The notes: generated by a model not told the origin, from the sequence alone. Counted from the first letter of the stretch, positions 40,638-50,599 are shown. The stretch: DNA of 57,358 nucleotides from an uncultured bacterium (GCA_903837175.1 CAILTR010000101.1:1-57358); one strand, 5' to 3'. Made by a program: numbers and translations.

Positions 40638-41186
40638 ATGAAAACAAAAGAAATTAAAAAAGAAAATTCAATTGTTCCCCAGGAAATAATTGAGCAAAAG
40701 ATTTATTTGATTCGGGGCAAAAAAGTTATGCTTGATAAGGATTTGGCTGTGCTGTATGGAGTGGAAACTAAAACCTTAAAAAGAGCAGTTAGGCGAAATA
40801 TTGAAAGATTCCCAGAGGATTTTATGTTTCAATTGGGCATTGAGGAAACTAAAATTCTAAGGTACCAATTTGGCACCTTAGAAAAAGGTCAATATGCTAA
40901 GTATTTGCCTTTTGCATTTACTGAGCAGGGTGTGGCGATGTTAGCTGGAGTATTGAAAAGCAAGAGAGCGATTGAGGTTAATGTGCAGATTATTCGAACT
41001 TTTGTAAAACTTCGCGAAATGATTATCAGTAATAAAGAGTTGAGAACTAGGATTGAAGAAATGGAAAGAAAATATGATAAAAGATTTAAGGCCGTGTTTG
41101 ATACGTTAAGGAATCTTTTAGAAAGCAATTTGCAAGAGAAGGAAATTGAAAAGAATGCTCCAATTGGTTTTAAAATTAAAAGATAA
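40638..41186 (+). CDS. ORF6N (KilA-N-like) DNA-binding domain protein
   Basis: IRGKKVMLD.DLA.LYGVET..L..AVRRN.ERFP.DFMFQL, PFAFTEQGVAML. Confidence 0.93.
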   Translation: MKTKEIKKENSIVPQEIIEQKIYLIRGKKVMLDKDLAVLYGVETKTLKRAVRRNIERFPEDFMFQLGIEETKILRYQFGTLEKGQYAKYLPFAFTEQGVAMLAGVLKSKRAIEVNVQIIRTFVKLREMIISNKELRTRIEEMERKYDKRFKAVFDTLRNLLESNLQEKEIEKNAPIGFKIKR

Positions 41187-41214
41187 TAAATAATTCTTAA
41201 TTTAAAATTACTTT

Positions 41215-41254
41215 TTTGTATATTTGTAAATTTGTACAGCTTTGTAATTTTGTA
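41215..41254 (+). promoter_or_regulatory. Five TTTGTA direct repeats directly upstream of the lexA-like gene
   Basis: Starts 41215, 41223, 41231, 41241, 41249. Confidence 0.5.
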
Positions 41255-41260
41255 GGGGCT

Positions 41261-41920
41261 ATGAAACTAACCGCTAAACAAAATTTGATTATCAAATCTC
41301 TGCGAGAGTTGATTGATCAGAAAAAAGAAAATCCGACCAGTTATCGGTTGCAGAAATTTTTAGCAGCTAGGGGAATTAAGGATAGTATGAAGTCAGTAAT
41401 GCAAGTAGTTGAATCGTTGGAGAAAAAAGAGTTAATCACCCGCGATAAGAATCGCCAGCTTTTCCTGGTTGAAAACGAAAGCTATGGCGACGCGCAAAAT
41501 ATTTTTTCAATTCCCCTTTATGGCTTGGCTTCTTGCGGCGAGGCATTAGCTTACGCAGATGATATGGCGGATGATTTTCTCCAAATTTCAAAAAGTCTTT
41601 TTCATAAAACTGACCCAGAACATTTATTTGCGGTAAAAGCGTTAGGTGATTCGATGAATAAAGAGGGCATTGATGATGGCGATTATGTTATCTTTGAAAA
41701 AGCTCAGGCGCAGGCTGAGTTTGAAGGTAAAATTGTTGTGGCGGTAATTAACGGGATGGCGACTATTAAACGCTATAAGAATATGGGTAAGGGCATCGTG
41801 GGTCTTTTCCCTCATTCGACCAATGAAACTCATCATCCAATTTATATCTCTGAGGCAGACGTAATTTTTGTGGCTGGAATCTTTAAGAAAGTTTTACCAG
41901 TCAAGTTTGTGAGCTTGTAG
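41261..41920 (+). CDS. lexA: LexA-like repressor (wHTH plus S24 peptidase)
   Basis: LT.KQ..I N-terminus, IPLYGLASCG cleavage region, GDSM Ser, TIKR Lys; ATG 41261. Confidence 0.8.
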   Translation: MKLTAKQNLIIKSLRELIDQKKENPTSYRLQKFLAARGIKDSMKSVMQVVESLEKKELITRDKNRQLFLVENESYGDAQNIFSIPLYGLASCGEALAYADDMADDFLQISKSLFHKTDPEHLFAVKALGDSMNKEGIDDGDYVIFEKAQAQAEFEGKIVVAVINGMATIKRYKNMGKGIVGLFPHSTNETHHPIYISEADVIFVAGIFKKVLPVKFVSL

Positions 41921-41988
41921 GTTAATAACTAGTAATCAGCAACTGGTAACTAGCAAATGGGAGGATAAGTTTTAAAATATTTACTGAT

Positions 41989-42303
41989 ATGTTTATTTTA
42001 TTGCTAAAAATATTATTGGGGCTTGTTGGCGGGATTTACGTTTCCGGTCTCTTGACTATCTGGCAATATGAAAATAAAAAAGCGAAGGTCTATCGCCTGG
42101 TTTTAGCGCGGATTGGAACTTTGAAGAAGCTAGGCTTGAGTATGGCAACGAGGCACGCTAAAACGTTTAAGCTTAAACAGGATTATCGTCAATGGGTGGA
42201 GCTGATTGAGCAGCGGCAACAATTTATTTTTGAAAAGGTGTTATTTTTGAAAAAAGGTACCTTAAAAATTGAACATGAACAAAGCAGTTGTTGGCAGGTT
42301 TAG
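41989..42303 (+). CDS. Hypothetical membrane-anchored protein
   Basis: N-terminal TM helix, 104 aa. Confidence 0.55.
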   Translation: MFILLLKILLGLVGGIYVSGLLTIWQYENKKAKVYRLVLARIGTLKKLGLSMATRHAKTFKLKQDYRQWVELIEQRQQFIFEKVLFLKKGTLKIEHEQSSCWQV

Positions 42304-42539
42304 TTTTGCTGATAAAGGTCATCCGCTTAGCTTGGTTAAAATTATAAAGCGGAAGGATCTTTGTTAATTTGCTAGCTGGAAGGGATAAGATGTGTTAAAA
42401 TAGGTGCGAAGTGGCTTAAACTGTGGAAGGTTGAGTTATTGAAAAATGAGCCAGCTTTAAGCTAAACTAACTATCTATCTATTATTAGCGCTAGCTGAAA
42501 TTTTTATGACCCTGGGTCATTTAATCTTCGGCACTATCT

Positions 42540-44909
42540 ATGGGAAAAAATAAAAAAAAGCAGCAAGAGTCAGCTAAAGAGCAGTCAGCAATTGTTAGTG
42601 GTGATGTTAAACGTGGGGTGGTGGCCATTTTTCTTTTCTTGTTGGCAATTTTGTTTGTATTGGGTTTTTTGTCTGAGGCCAAAATGGTGGAGGCTGGAAT
42701 TTTGGGAAAGTTTTTAAATTCACTGGCGGGCTGGATGTTCGGAGTTGGAAAATATCTTGCTCCGATTGTGCTGATTGCGGGTGGAGTGATTTTACTTTTT
42801 CGGAAGGAAACTTTATTCTATGTTTCTAAATTAATTGGTCTAACCGTTGCCTTTATGAGCACCTTGGGAATTATCCACATCCTGGCTTATGATGTGGATA
42901 AGATGTTGAAAGTTGCTAAAGCGGGAAATGGAGGTGGTTTTATTGGTTATGGACTGGCTTTTATTTTTTTAAAATTAGCTGGCAGGGCTGGTGGGGCGAT
43001 TATTTTAATAGCGCTTATATTGGTTGGGATTACGGTGGCTTTCAATTTTTCGATCGTGCAGTTTTTTAAGAAATTTATTCGAGAAAAAGTGGAGCATCAA
43101 AAAGAAGAAGCTGAGGATGATTCTGCTGATGACGAAAGTGAAATTGAAAATGGAGAGGAGCAACAGTTGTTGGAAGTTGAGGATGTAAAACTTTCTCAAA
43201 AAACTGAATTTGTGCAAGATCCTAATGCCGAAACTGAAAAACCAGATCCAATGGCGGAGATCCTTAAAAAAGCAGTTGCCTGGAAACCCAAGGATGAAAA
43301 AAAGAAAAGTAAGAAAAAGGAACAAGGTCAGGATGAGCAGTTAGAATGGGAACTTCCGCCGATTTCGCTGCTGGATTGCTTGATTGAAAAAGCGCAAGGG
43401 GGCGATGTCGAAAAAAACGCTAAAATTATTCAAGATACTTTGCTGACCTTTGGGGTGGAAGTTGAGTTGGGCGAAATTAAAACTGGACCAACGGTGACTC
43501 AATATAGTTTTCGGCCAGCAGTGGGAGTTAAACTCAGCCGGATTACGACGCTGAGTAATGAATTAGCCCTGCGCTTGGCGGCTCGTCAAGTTCGGATTGA
43601 GGCTCCAATTCCAGGCCGATCTTTAGTCGGGATTGAAGTGCCAAATAAGAAAAATGCCACAATCAGGCTACCAGAACTTTTGCAAGCGCTCGAATTTGAA
43701 AATAGAAAAACAAATTTACTCTTGGCGTTGGGTAAGGATGTGAGTGGTAATTATATCTTTGGAAATCTAAAGAAGATGCCTCATTTGTTGATTGCTGGTT
43801 CAACGGGTAGCGGAAAAAGTGTTTGTGTCAATGCCTTGATTTTGTCGATGCTGTATCAGAATTCTCCTGAGGATTTAAAGTTAATTTTAGTTGATCCTAA
43901 GCGAGTAGAGCTAACTCCCTATAATGGCATTCCTCACTTACTAACGGATGTGATTGTGGAAAATGGAAAAGTACTTAGCGCACTGAAATGGGCAATTGGC
44001 GAAATGGAGCGTCGTTATAAGATATTGCAGAAGGTTGGTTCAAAAGATATTTCTTCTTTTAATAAGAAGGCTGAAGGTGGTGAAATGTTTAAAAATATCA
44101 ATACGGAGACTGGGGAAATTACCGAAGAGCCAGTAGAAAAAATTCCTTACATTGTGATTGTGATTGATGAGTTAGCAGACTTGATGGCTTCGCATGGCAA
44201 GGAAGTAGAGGGAGCGATTATTCGCTTGGCTCAAATGGCTCGCGCAGTTGGCATCCACCTTATTTTAAGCACGCAAAAGCCGATTGTGACAGTTATTACT
44301 AGTTTAATTAAATCAAATATTCCAACGCGAATTGCTTTTAGAGTACCCTCGCTAATGGATTCACGCACAATTCTGGATGCTAGTGGCGCGGAGAAGTTGC
44401 TTGGTAATGGGGATATGCTTTTCTCAGCAGCGGAAGCAGTTGATTTGCGTCGAGTTCAGGGAGTTTTTGTTTCTGAAGAAGAAGTTAAACGAGTGGTTGA
44501 TTTTATCAAAAATCAAAAGTTTGAGAAAATTGAAGATAGCTTAGAAGGAGAAATCGAAGTTAGCGAAACCAAAACTAATGGTAATCAAAATGGTGAAGTT
44601 AAAATTGCAAAGTATGCTGAGAAAATTGATTTTGATTCAATTGAAGCTGACGATCAAGAAGACGTTTTATATGAGGAAGCAAAAAAGCTGGTTATCCAAG
44701 CAGGTAAAGCCTCTTCCTCGCTTCTGCAAAGACGTTTGAGGATTGGTTATTCCAGGGCTGCTCGGCTAATTGATATTTTAGAGGAGCGAGGAGTGGTTGG
44801 GGCTGCTGATGGCGCAAAGCCTCGCGAAGTTTTCACTGAGGGAGAAGCTCAACCGGCCTATGAAGATTCCATGCAAGATCAAGTCGCCCGAGATAAATGG
44901 CAAATGTAG
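42540..44909 (+). CDS. ftsK: DNA translocase FtsK/SpoIIIE
   Basis: TM N-terminus, HLLIAGSTGSGKS, VIDELADLM, gamma domain LQRRLRIGYSRAARLID. Confidence 0.98.
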   Translation: MGKNKKKQQESAKEQSAIVSGDVKRGVVAIFLFLLAILFVLGFLSEAKMVEAGILGKFLNSLAGWMFGVGKYLAPIVLIAGGVILLFRKETLFYVSKLIGLTVAFMSTLGIIHILAYDVDKMLKVAKAGNGGGFIGYGLAFIFLKLAGRAGGAIILIALILVGITVAFNFSIVQFFKKFIREKVEHQKEEAEDDSADDESEIENGEEQQLLEVEDVKLSQKTEFVQDPNAETEKPDPMAEILKKAVAWKPKDEKKKSKKKEQGQDEQLEWELPPISLLDCLIEKAQGGDVEKNAKIIQDTLLTFGVEVELGEIKTGPTVTQYSFRPAVGVKLSRITTLSNELALRLAARQVRIEAPIPGRSLVGIEVPNKKNATIRLPELLQALEFENRKTNLLLALGKDVSGNYIFGNLKKMPHLLIAGSTGSGKSVCVNALILSMLYQNSPEDLKLILVDPKRVELTPYNGIPHLLTDVIVENGKVLSALKWAIGEMERRYKILQKVGSKDISSFNKKAEGGEMFKNINTETGEITEEPVEKIPYIVIVIDELADLMASHGKEVEGAIIRLAQMARAVGIHLILSTQKPIVTVITSLIKSNIPTRIAFRVPSLMDSRTILDASGAEKLLGNGDMLFSAAEAVDLRRVQGVFVSEEEVKRVVDFIKNQKFEKIEDSLEGEIEVSETKTNGNQNGEVKIAKYAEKIDFDSIEADDQEDVLYEEAKKLVIQAGKASSSLLQRRLRIGYSRAARLIDILEERGVVGAADGAKPREVFTEGEAQPAYEDSMQDQVARDKWQM

Positions 44910-44921
44910 CGCCGGGTCTTG

Positions 44922-45016
44922 TATTACGTATATTGTAGAATGTATAAAGTATGAATTCATACAAAAAATACATTTTGAATTTTATACATAATACAAAATA
45001 CATTATACATAATACT
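44922..45016. repeat. Inverted heptamer array (GTATnnn / nnnATAC)
   Basis: gtattac gtatatt gtagaat gtataaa ... atacata atacaaa atacatt atacata, filling the ftsK-rodZ spacer. Confidence 0.8.
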
Positions 45017-45023
45017 ATTCAAG

Positions 45024-46019
45024 ATGGTTCAATTCACGCGTAAAAAAATTGATTCACTGACCTTGGGTGAACGAATGAAAAAGCTTAGGGATGAGCGTCG
45101 GCTTAGTCTTGGTGAGATTTCAAAAGGCACGAAAATTCAAACAAAATATTTGCAATATTTCGAAGAAGGTGAATATATGAAGTTGCCAGCAGATGTTTAT
45201 GTAAGGGGCTTTTTGCGAAGTTATGGTCTATATATGGGGGTTTCAGAAGCTAGCCTTATTAAGCAATTCGAGCGAGAAAAAGGTATTCATAAAAATATCA
45301 AGAAAATTGTCGATGAGGATAAAATTAAAAAGCCGATAAATTTTTCAATTTTTGTTATTACACCAAAAATGATTATAGTGGGAATTATTTTATTAACAGT
45401 GCTAAGTAGTTTTATCTATTTATATCTGCAGGTTAATAATTTTATTTCAACTCCGCGACTCATTATTGTTAAGCCGGCAGATGGTTTGGTGGTTGATGGT
45501 ATATCAACTCGCGTAGTAGGGATGGCTGAAAAAGATGCGCTAGTAACTATTAATGATCAACCAGTTTTGGTTAATGAAAAAGGTGAATTTAGCGAAGATA
45601 TTGGGCTCAAGGATGGTGTTAATGTAATTACAATTAAGGCTCGTAATAAATTCAACAAAGAAACAACTCAGTCAATTTCCGTTAACGCTGTTTTCCCAGC
45701 GCCTCCAATGCAGCAGCAGGAGAGTGATTCTTCGCAAGAGGCAAGTCAGCAAGTTTCCCTAGTAACTGCTGAGGTTTATGTTAGTCCTGATTCAACTTGG
45801 CTCTCAGTGGAGGCTGATGGCAACTTAGTTTATAGTGGGGCAATATCTCCAGGGACAGTTCAAAAATTTGATGCCAGAGAAAAAATTAGTATAGGTTCAG
45901 GCAAGGGTAATGAAACTTTCGTAAAAATCAATGGAAAGGATTTGGGGCGATTAACCTCAACTTCTGCTCCAGCAAAAGACATTGTTTTTGATGTAAATGG
46001 TAGGGTTTTAAATAAATAA
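45024..46019 (+). CDS. rodZ: RodZ-like protein (HTH, TM, Ig-like, DUF4115)
   Basis: LGE.MK.LR...LSL..IS..TKI...YL...E.G....LP..VYVRGF; C-terminal WLSVEADG. Confidence 0.85.
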   Translation: MVQFTRKKIDSLTLGERMKKLRDERRLSLGEISKGTKIQTKYLQYFEEGEYMKLPADVYVRGFLRSYGLYMGVSEASLIKQFEREKGIHKNIKKIVDEDKIKKPINFSIFVITPKMIIVGIILLTVLSSFIYLYLQVNNFISTPRLIIVKPADGLVVDGISTRVVGMAEKDALVTINDQPVLVNEKGEFSEDIGLKDGVNVITIKARNKFNKETTQSISVNAVFPAPPMQQQESDSSQEASQQVSLVTAEVYVSPDSTWLSVEADGNLVYSGAISPGTVQKFDAREKISIGSGKGNETFVKINGKDLGRLTSTSAPAKDIVFDVNGRVLNK

Positions 46020-46024
46020 TAAAT

Positions 46025-46180
46025 CATATAAACACACAAACATATAAGCATATAAACATCCTAACATATAAACATACAAACATATAAACAGGCGTGTATA
46101 AAACTAAAAGTTTTATACATAAATGATTAAATGTCTAAATGATTTCTTGTTTTAATGTCTTAATGCTTAAATGTTTAAAT
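46025..46180. repeat. Inverted 8-mer array (AAACATAT / ATGTTTAA) upstream of recA
   Basis: About 8 direct units, a central hairpin, then about 7 inverted units. Confidence 0.85.
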
Positions 46181-46188
46181 GAAATGGT

Positions 46189-47235
46189 ATGGCTTACGCA
46201 GCAAAAGAAAAAAAGCCTCCAAAAGAGGCAGTTGAGGAAATAAAAAATGCAGGCAAAAAAGAAATTGATAAATTAGTCGAAGATATTCAGGAGAAATTTG
46301 GGGAGGGGATGATTATGAAATTGGGCGATGTAAAAAAAGTTGACGTCGAGGCAATTCCGACCGGTTCAATCTCACTGGACATTGCTACAGGCATTGGTGG
46401 CGTACCCAGGGGTCGAATTATCGAGGTGTATGGGCCAGAAAGTTCCGGTAAAACGACTTTAACGCTACACATAGTGGCCAATGCTCAAAAGGGCGGAGGC
46501 ACGGCTGCTTTTGTTGATGCTGAACATGCGTTGGACCCAGAATATGCTCATAAGATTGGAGTGGATATTAAAAACTTATTAGTTTCTCAGCCAGATACTG
46601 GTGAGCAAGCCCTGGACATTGTAGAGTCCTTAGTGCGCAGTGGGGTGATTGATGTGATCGTGGTTGACTCGGTGGCAGCCCTGGTACCACGCGCTGAAAT
46701 TGAAGGTGAGATGGGAGATCAGCACGTTGGACGCCAAGCTCGCCTGATGTCACAAGCCCTGCGAAAATTGACCGCAATTATTGCGCGTTCCAATACGACC
46801 GTGATTTTCATTAATCAAATTCGCATGAAGATTGGGGTAATGTTTGGTAATCCGGAAACGACCACTGGTGGACAAGCGCTGAAATTTTATTCTTCAGTGC
46901 GGATTGAAGTTCGCAAAGCTGCTCAAATTAAAAAAGGTGAAGACGTAGTGGGCAATCGCGTGAAAGTTAAAATTGTAAAAAATAAAGTAGCTCCGCCATT
47001 TAAGACTGCTGAATTCGATATCATGTATAACGAAGGAATTTCCTTAGCCGGAGATCTCTTGGATGCAGGGGTAAAATTTGAAGTGGTTAAAAAATCTGGT
47101 AATTCACTTTCTTACGGCGAGATTAAGCTTGGAGCTGGTCGCGAAAGCGCAAAGGCATTCCTGCGAGAAGATAAAAAAACCGCCGACAAAATTTTTAAAG
47201 AAATTGCGGCCAAAGCAAAGATTGTGGCTTTGTAA
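46189..47235 (+). CDS. recA: Recombinase RecA
   Basis: [33 protein letters not shown]. Confidence 0.99.
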   Translation: MAYAAKEKKPPKEAVEEIKNAGKKEIDKLVEDIQEKFGEGMIMKLGDVKKVDVEAIPTGSISLDIATGIGGVPRGRIIEVYGPESSGKTTLTLHIVANAQKGGGTAAFVDAEHALDPEYAHKIGVDIKNLLVSQPDTGEQALDIVESLVRSGVIDVIVVDSVAALVPRAEIEGEMGDQHVGRQARLMSQALRKLTAIIARSNTTVIFINQIRMKIGVMFGNPETTTGGQALKFYSSVRIEVRKAAQIKKGEDVVGNRVKVKIVKNKVAPPFKTAEFDIMYNEGISLAGDLLDAGVKFEVVKKSGNSLSYGEIKLGAGRESAKAFLREDKKTADKIFKEIAAKAKIVAL

Positions 47236-47271
47236 AATAGCTTAAAGAGCGAGGTGAATTAGTTACACATT

Positions 47272-47310
47272 AAAAGATGATTCCTGGATATAGTTGGAGT
47301 CATCTTTTTT
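47272..47310 (+). terminator. recA terminator
   Basis: AAAAGATGATTCC / GGAGTCATCTTTT. Confidence 0.8.
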
Positions 47311-47327
47311 AATAACAAAAATTAGGG

Positions 47328-47356
47328 TTGACCGCTTTTATTAAATAGTGTAAAAT
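47328..47356 (+). promoter_or_regulatory. Promoter for the TasA/SipW locus
   Basis: TTGACC-17-TAAAAT. Confidence 0.65.
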
Positions 47357-47568
47357 AAAGTATACTTTTGATATAAGTTAGGGTGTTAATTAAATTAATT
47401 AACCAATCAACAAAAAAATTGTGCGGTTTTTTTTGTTTTATTGGGCTAAAAAATAAAAATTCAAAAATAAAAAAGTTACATCATTATTAGCGGTTATTTA
47501 TTTAAAGGTAAATCCACCATTTGGCGGATTCGTTTTTTTTCTTTTTAATTATTATATTTTTTATGCAT

Positions 47569-48174
47569 ATGAATAAAAAAGTTTGGTATTCAATAATTGT
47601 AATTGGGGTGGTGGCAAGTCTTGCCATTGGCGGAACTTATGCTTATTTTACTGCAACTAGAACAACCAGTGCTAATAAGTTTACTGCTGGGACCTTAGAT
47701 CTTAATGTGGCTGCAAGTACCGGGGAGCTTACTCCCTTTGTGATTGAAAATATGGGGGAGGGAACGAATATTAGTGGGACAAAGACTTGGACCATTAAAA
47801 ATACTGGGTCTTTGCCGGGACGCTTACTTTTAAATTTACAAAATGTAGTTAATTCTGAAAATGGTTGCAATGACCAAGAGAAGACTGCTGATCCGACTTG
47901 CGATACGGCTAGTAAAGAGGGTGACCTCGGCAAAGTGGTGAATCTGAAAATTAAGCTTGGTGACGTAGATAAGGTAAGTTCAACGCTGGCAGCTGACCAA
48001 CAAGCAAAGATTGGAACTGACTGGGCAGCTTTGGAACCAATCATTTTACAGCCGAGTGAACAAAAAACTGTAACTGCTTATTGGACAACTGATGAGAGTT
48101 CATACGGAAATGAAATTCAAAGTGATGCTGTTCAATTCGATATTAACTTTCGTTTAGTCCAATTAATTAAATAG
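47569..48174 (+). CDS. TasA/camelysin-family protein with SipW-class signal peptide
   Basis: GGTYA|YFTATRTTSANKFTAGTLDL, IKNTGSL, GNEIQSD...FDINF.L.Q; ATG 47563 or 47569. Confidence 0.85.
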   Translation: MNKKVWYSIIVIGVVASLAIGGTYAYFTATRTTSANKFTAGTLDLNVAASTGELTPFVIENMGEGTNISGTKTWTIKNTGSLPGRLLLNLQNVVNSENGCNDQEKTADPTCDTASKEGDLGKVVNLKIKLGDVDKVSSTLAADQQAKIGTDWAALEPIILQPSEQKTVTAYWTTDESSYGNEIQSDAVQFDINFRLVQLIK

Positions 48175-48283
48175 GGGTTAGCTAGTGTAATCTTTTTTAG
48201 CGCGAGCTTCCTGCATAAATAAGCAAACAAAAGAAGGAAAAATAAGGCAACCCTGGCGTTGTCTTATTTTCATAAAAAATAAA

Positions 48284-48787
48284 ATGAAAGTGATTAAAGT
48301 TATTTTTAGTGGTTTAAAGCTTCTTATTGTACTTAGTATCTTACCGTTAGTAGTTTTTGCGATTAGTTCGCATTTTAATGAACAGAGTAATTATCGTCCC
48401 TTCTTAGTACAATCTGGTTCGATGGAGCCAGCTGTTATGACGGGAGATATTATTGTGATTCAACGTAAGGATACCTATGCGATTAATGAGGTGGTGACCT
48501 TTAGGAGTGATAATGATAAGTTGGTTACCCATCGGATCGTAGACGTGCAGCTAGGTTCGAATAAGCAGTACCTTACCAAAGGAGATGCTAATCGAACTGA
48601 GGACAAAGCTATTATTTCAGATAGTCAAATCGTAGGAAAAGTTTTTCTAGTTTTGCCAAAGCTGGGTTACTTCGTAGCCTTTGCCCAATCCCAACGAGGT
48701 TTAATTTTTCTGTTAATCATCCCAGCGGTAGTTTTAATTTTAGATGAAATTTTGAAAATCAAGAAAAATGTCAAAAACAGGGATTAG
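48284..48787 (+). CDS. sipW: Signal peptidase I, SipW/S26B type
   Basis: VQSGSMEP, VTHRIV (Ser-His dyad), TKGDAN...D. Confidence 0.92.
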   Translation: MKVIKVIFSGLKLLIVLSILPLVVFAISSHFNEQSNYRPFLVQSGSMEPAVMTGDIIVIQRKDTYAINEVVTFRSDNDKLVTHRIVDVQLGSNKQYLTKGDANRTEDKAIISDSQIVGKVFLVLPKLGYFVAFAQSQRGLIFLLIIPAVVLILDEILKIKKNVKNRD

Positions 48788-49352
48788 GAAAGTAGCAATC
48801 TTTTTAATGCTATTTTATATTTTTTTAAATCAGACCGGGTATACGACCGCGGATATTTTTGCCGAGAGAATTGTCAGGCAAAATAAATTTTCCGCCACCA
48901 CGCTTGATTTTTCTACAAGAAACTCCTTTAATAATGCCTCCGCCAGTAGTCTTTTTCGAACTTTGGGTCTAGCGTCCGGAGGCTTTGATCTTGGAGCACT
49001 TAAATTAAAATTAGAAACTAAGGGTAAAACTAAATATCAATTGAGTTTCGAGAGAACTAACGGTGACGAGGTTTTTTGCAGTCGCTTAACAGTTAAAGTT
49101 TTAGATAGCCAACTGCATGAATTTTATCAAGGTCCGCTCGTTAAACTTGCGCTAAATGAAACGGTGGCGAACGTAGCTGATGCTCAGAACTTTATTTTTT
49201 TTATTGGACTTGACGAGCAAGCAGCCGAACTGAAAAATAAGATTTGTGAGTTTAACTTTAAATTTAAAACTTATCGTGAGAGTCCAACTGAAAAAGGGGG
49301 GATTTTTGCGCAACGCTTGATTGGTAATGTTGTTTCGAGTGGCAGTTGGTAA
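48768..49352 (+). CDS. Second SipW-substrate, TasA-like protein
   Basis: TGYTTA|DIFAERIVRQNKFSATTLDF mirrors the N-terminus of the first subunit. Confidence 0.65.
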   Translation: MSKTGIRKVAIFLMLFYIFLNQTGYTTADIFAERIVRQNKFSATTLDFSTRNSFNNASASSLFRTLGLASGGFDLGALKLKLETKGKTKYQLSFERTNGDEVFCSRLTVKVLDSQLHEFYQGPLVKLALNETVANVADAQNFIFFIGLDEQAAELKNKICEFNFKFKTYRESPTEKGGIFAQRLIGNVVSSGSW

Positions 49353-49403
49353 ATTCGGGAAAAAAGCCTATACTGAATTTAGGCTTTGTAAAAAAATAAA
49401 AAT

Positions 49404-49925
49404 ATGTTACACGAGCGGATAGAAAAATATTTAAATTCTCGCTGGTATGCTTTTTTTCTGCCTTTTTATTGTATTTTTGTTATTTTGATAATTATTTTTT
49501 CGGCCGATATTCCTGGACCATTTCACAGTTTAACTAATAATATTTCAGATTCAATGGATCCAGTTATTAACCGGAATAGTTTGACTATTGTTAAAAGTGT
49601 TTCAGCGTATAAGGTGGCTGATATTATCGCTTATTATAGCTTAGTTGCTGGTCGAACTGAGCTTATTACGCATCGAATCGTTAGTATTGGCGGTAATGTT
49701 TACACCACAAAGGGTGACGCGAATGAAGTTGCTGATCGTGAGTTAGTTCCTCCAAGGCTGGTTATGGGAAAAGTGATTTTAATTATTCCCTTTCTGGGGC
49801 TATTTATTTCAATAGTGAAGAGCTTCTGGGGGACTTGGTTTTTTATTATCCTGCCAGCTCTGCTAATTATTTCTTTTGAGGGAATTCGGATTATTTTGGA
49901 GTTGGAAAAAAACAGTAGAGATTAA
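49404..49925 (+). CDS. Second SipW/S26B-type signal peptidase (divergent)
   Basis: ISDSMDP, ITHRIV, TKGDAN...D. Confidence 0.85.
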   Translation: MLHERIEKYLNSRWYAFFLPFYCIFVILIIIFSADIPGPFHSLTNNISDSMDPVINRNSLTIVKSVSAYKVADIIAYYSLVAGRTELITHRIVSIGGNVYTTKGDANEVADRELVPPRLVMGKVILIIPFLGLFISIVKSFWGTWFFIILPALLIISFEGIRIILELEKNSRD

Positions 49926-49948
49926 ATTTATTTAGTCTTAACATTGCT

Positions 49949-49980
49949 AAAAACCCGACCTTTAAAGGTCGGGTTTTTTT
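49949..49980. terminator. Bidirectional terminator
   Basis: AAAAACCCGACC-TTTAAA-GGTCGGGTTTTT between convergent genes. Confidence 0.88.
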
Positions 49981-50030
49981 ATCTGGTATTTTCTAAGAGC
50001 TAATGAAGCTAAAAGCTATAAGCTAGTCTC

Positions 50031-50588
50031 TTAGGCTCTGGAAACGTATTCGCCTTTCTCAGTGTTGATAATAAGTTTGTCACCTTCGTTGATGAAAAGT
50101 GGCGTAGAAACTTTTAGTCCTGTTTCCATCACCACAACTTTGCCGCCAGTGCCGGAAGTGTCGCCCTTGATTCCTGGGGGAGCTTCAACGACAGTCAGGG
50201 TTACTTTAATTGGAAGCTCAATATTAACAGGGATATCGTTAAAATTAAGTACCGTCACTTCGGTTCCTTCAAGTAAATAAAGGGGCGCGTTGCCAATGGT
50301 TTCTTTTGAAAGGGAAAACTGATCATAAGAAGCCATATCCATAAAAACAAAACCATCTTGCTCAGCGTAAAGATATTGAGCTTTTGATTTTGACATATCC
50401 GCTTCATCGGCTTTGTCGCTACCGTTGAAAGTTTTTTCCAAAACACTTCCGTTGAGCAAATTTTTAAGCTTAGTGCGAAGCACCGCTCCGGCGCGTCCGG
50501 TTTTAGAATGTTCCGCCGAGAGAACAACGTAGGGCTGGTCTTCCCAGAGAATATTTTTCCCGCATTTGATATCACTTAGTCCTAGCAT
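50031..50588 (-). CDS. efp: Elongation factor P (Arg32 type)
   Basis: HSKTGRAGA loop, QYLY, PGIKGDT, ETGL.V..PLFI, YVSRA. Confidence 0.97.
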   Translation of the reverse strand: MLGLSDIKCGKNILWEDQPYVVLSAEHSKTGRAGAVLRTKLKNLLNGSVLEKTFNGSDKADEADMSKSKAQYLYAEQDGFVFMDMASYDQFSLSKETIGNAPLYLLEGTEVTVLNFNDIPVNIELPIKVTLTVVEAPPGIKGDTSGTGGKVVVMETGLKVSTPLFINEGDKLIINTEKGEYVSRA

Positions 50589-50599
50589 GAAGATTTTGT

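Noticed and set aside
40638..41920. Prophage (ORF6N, S24 repressor, holin-like genes)
   Set aside because: No integrase, terminase or structural genes; the holin-like families are ordinary chromosomal membrane proteins far from this site.
47360..47560. c-di-GMP riboswitch before the tasA-like gene
   Set aside because: The GGCAAA..GAAA..GCAAAG two-stem consensus is not present.
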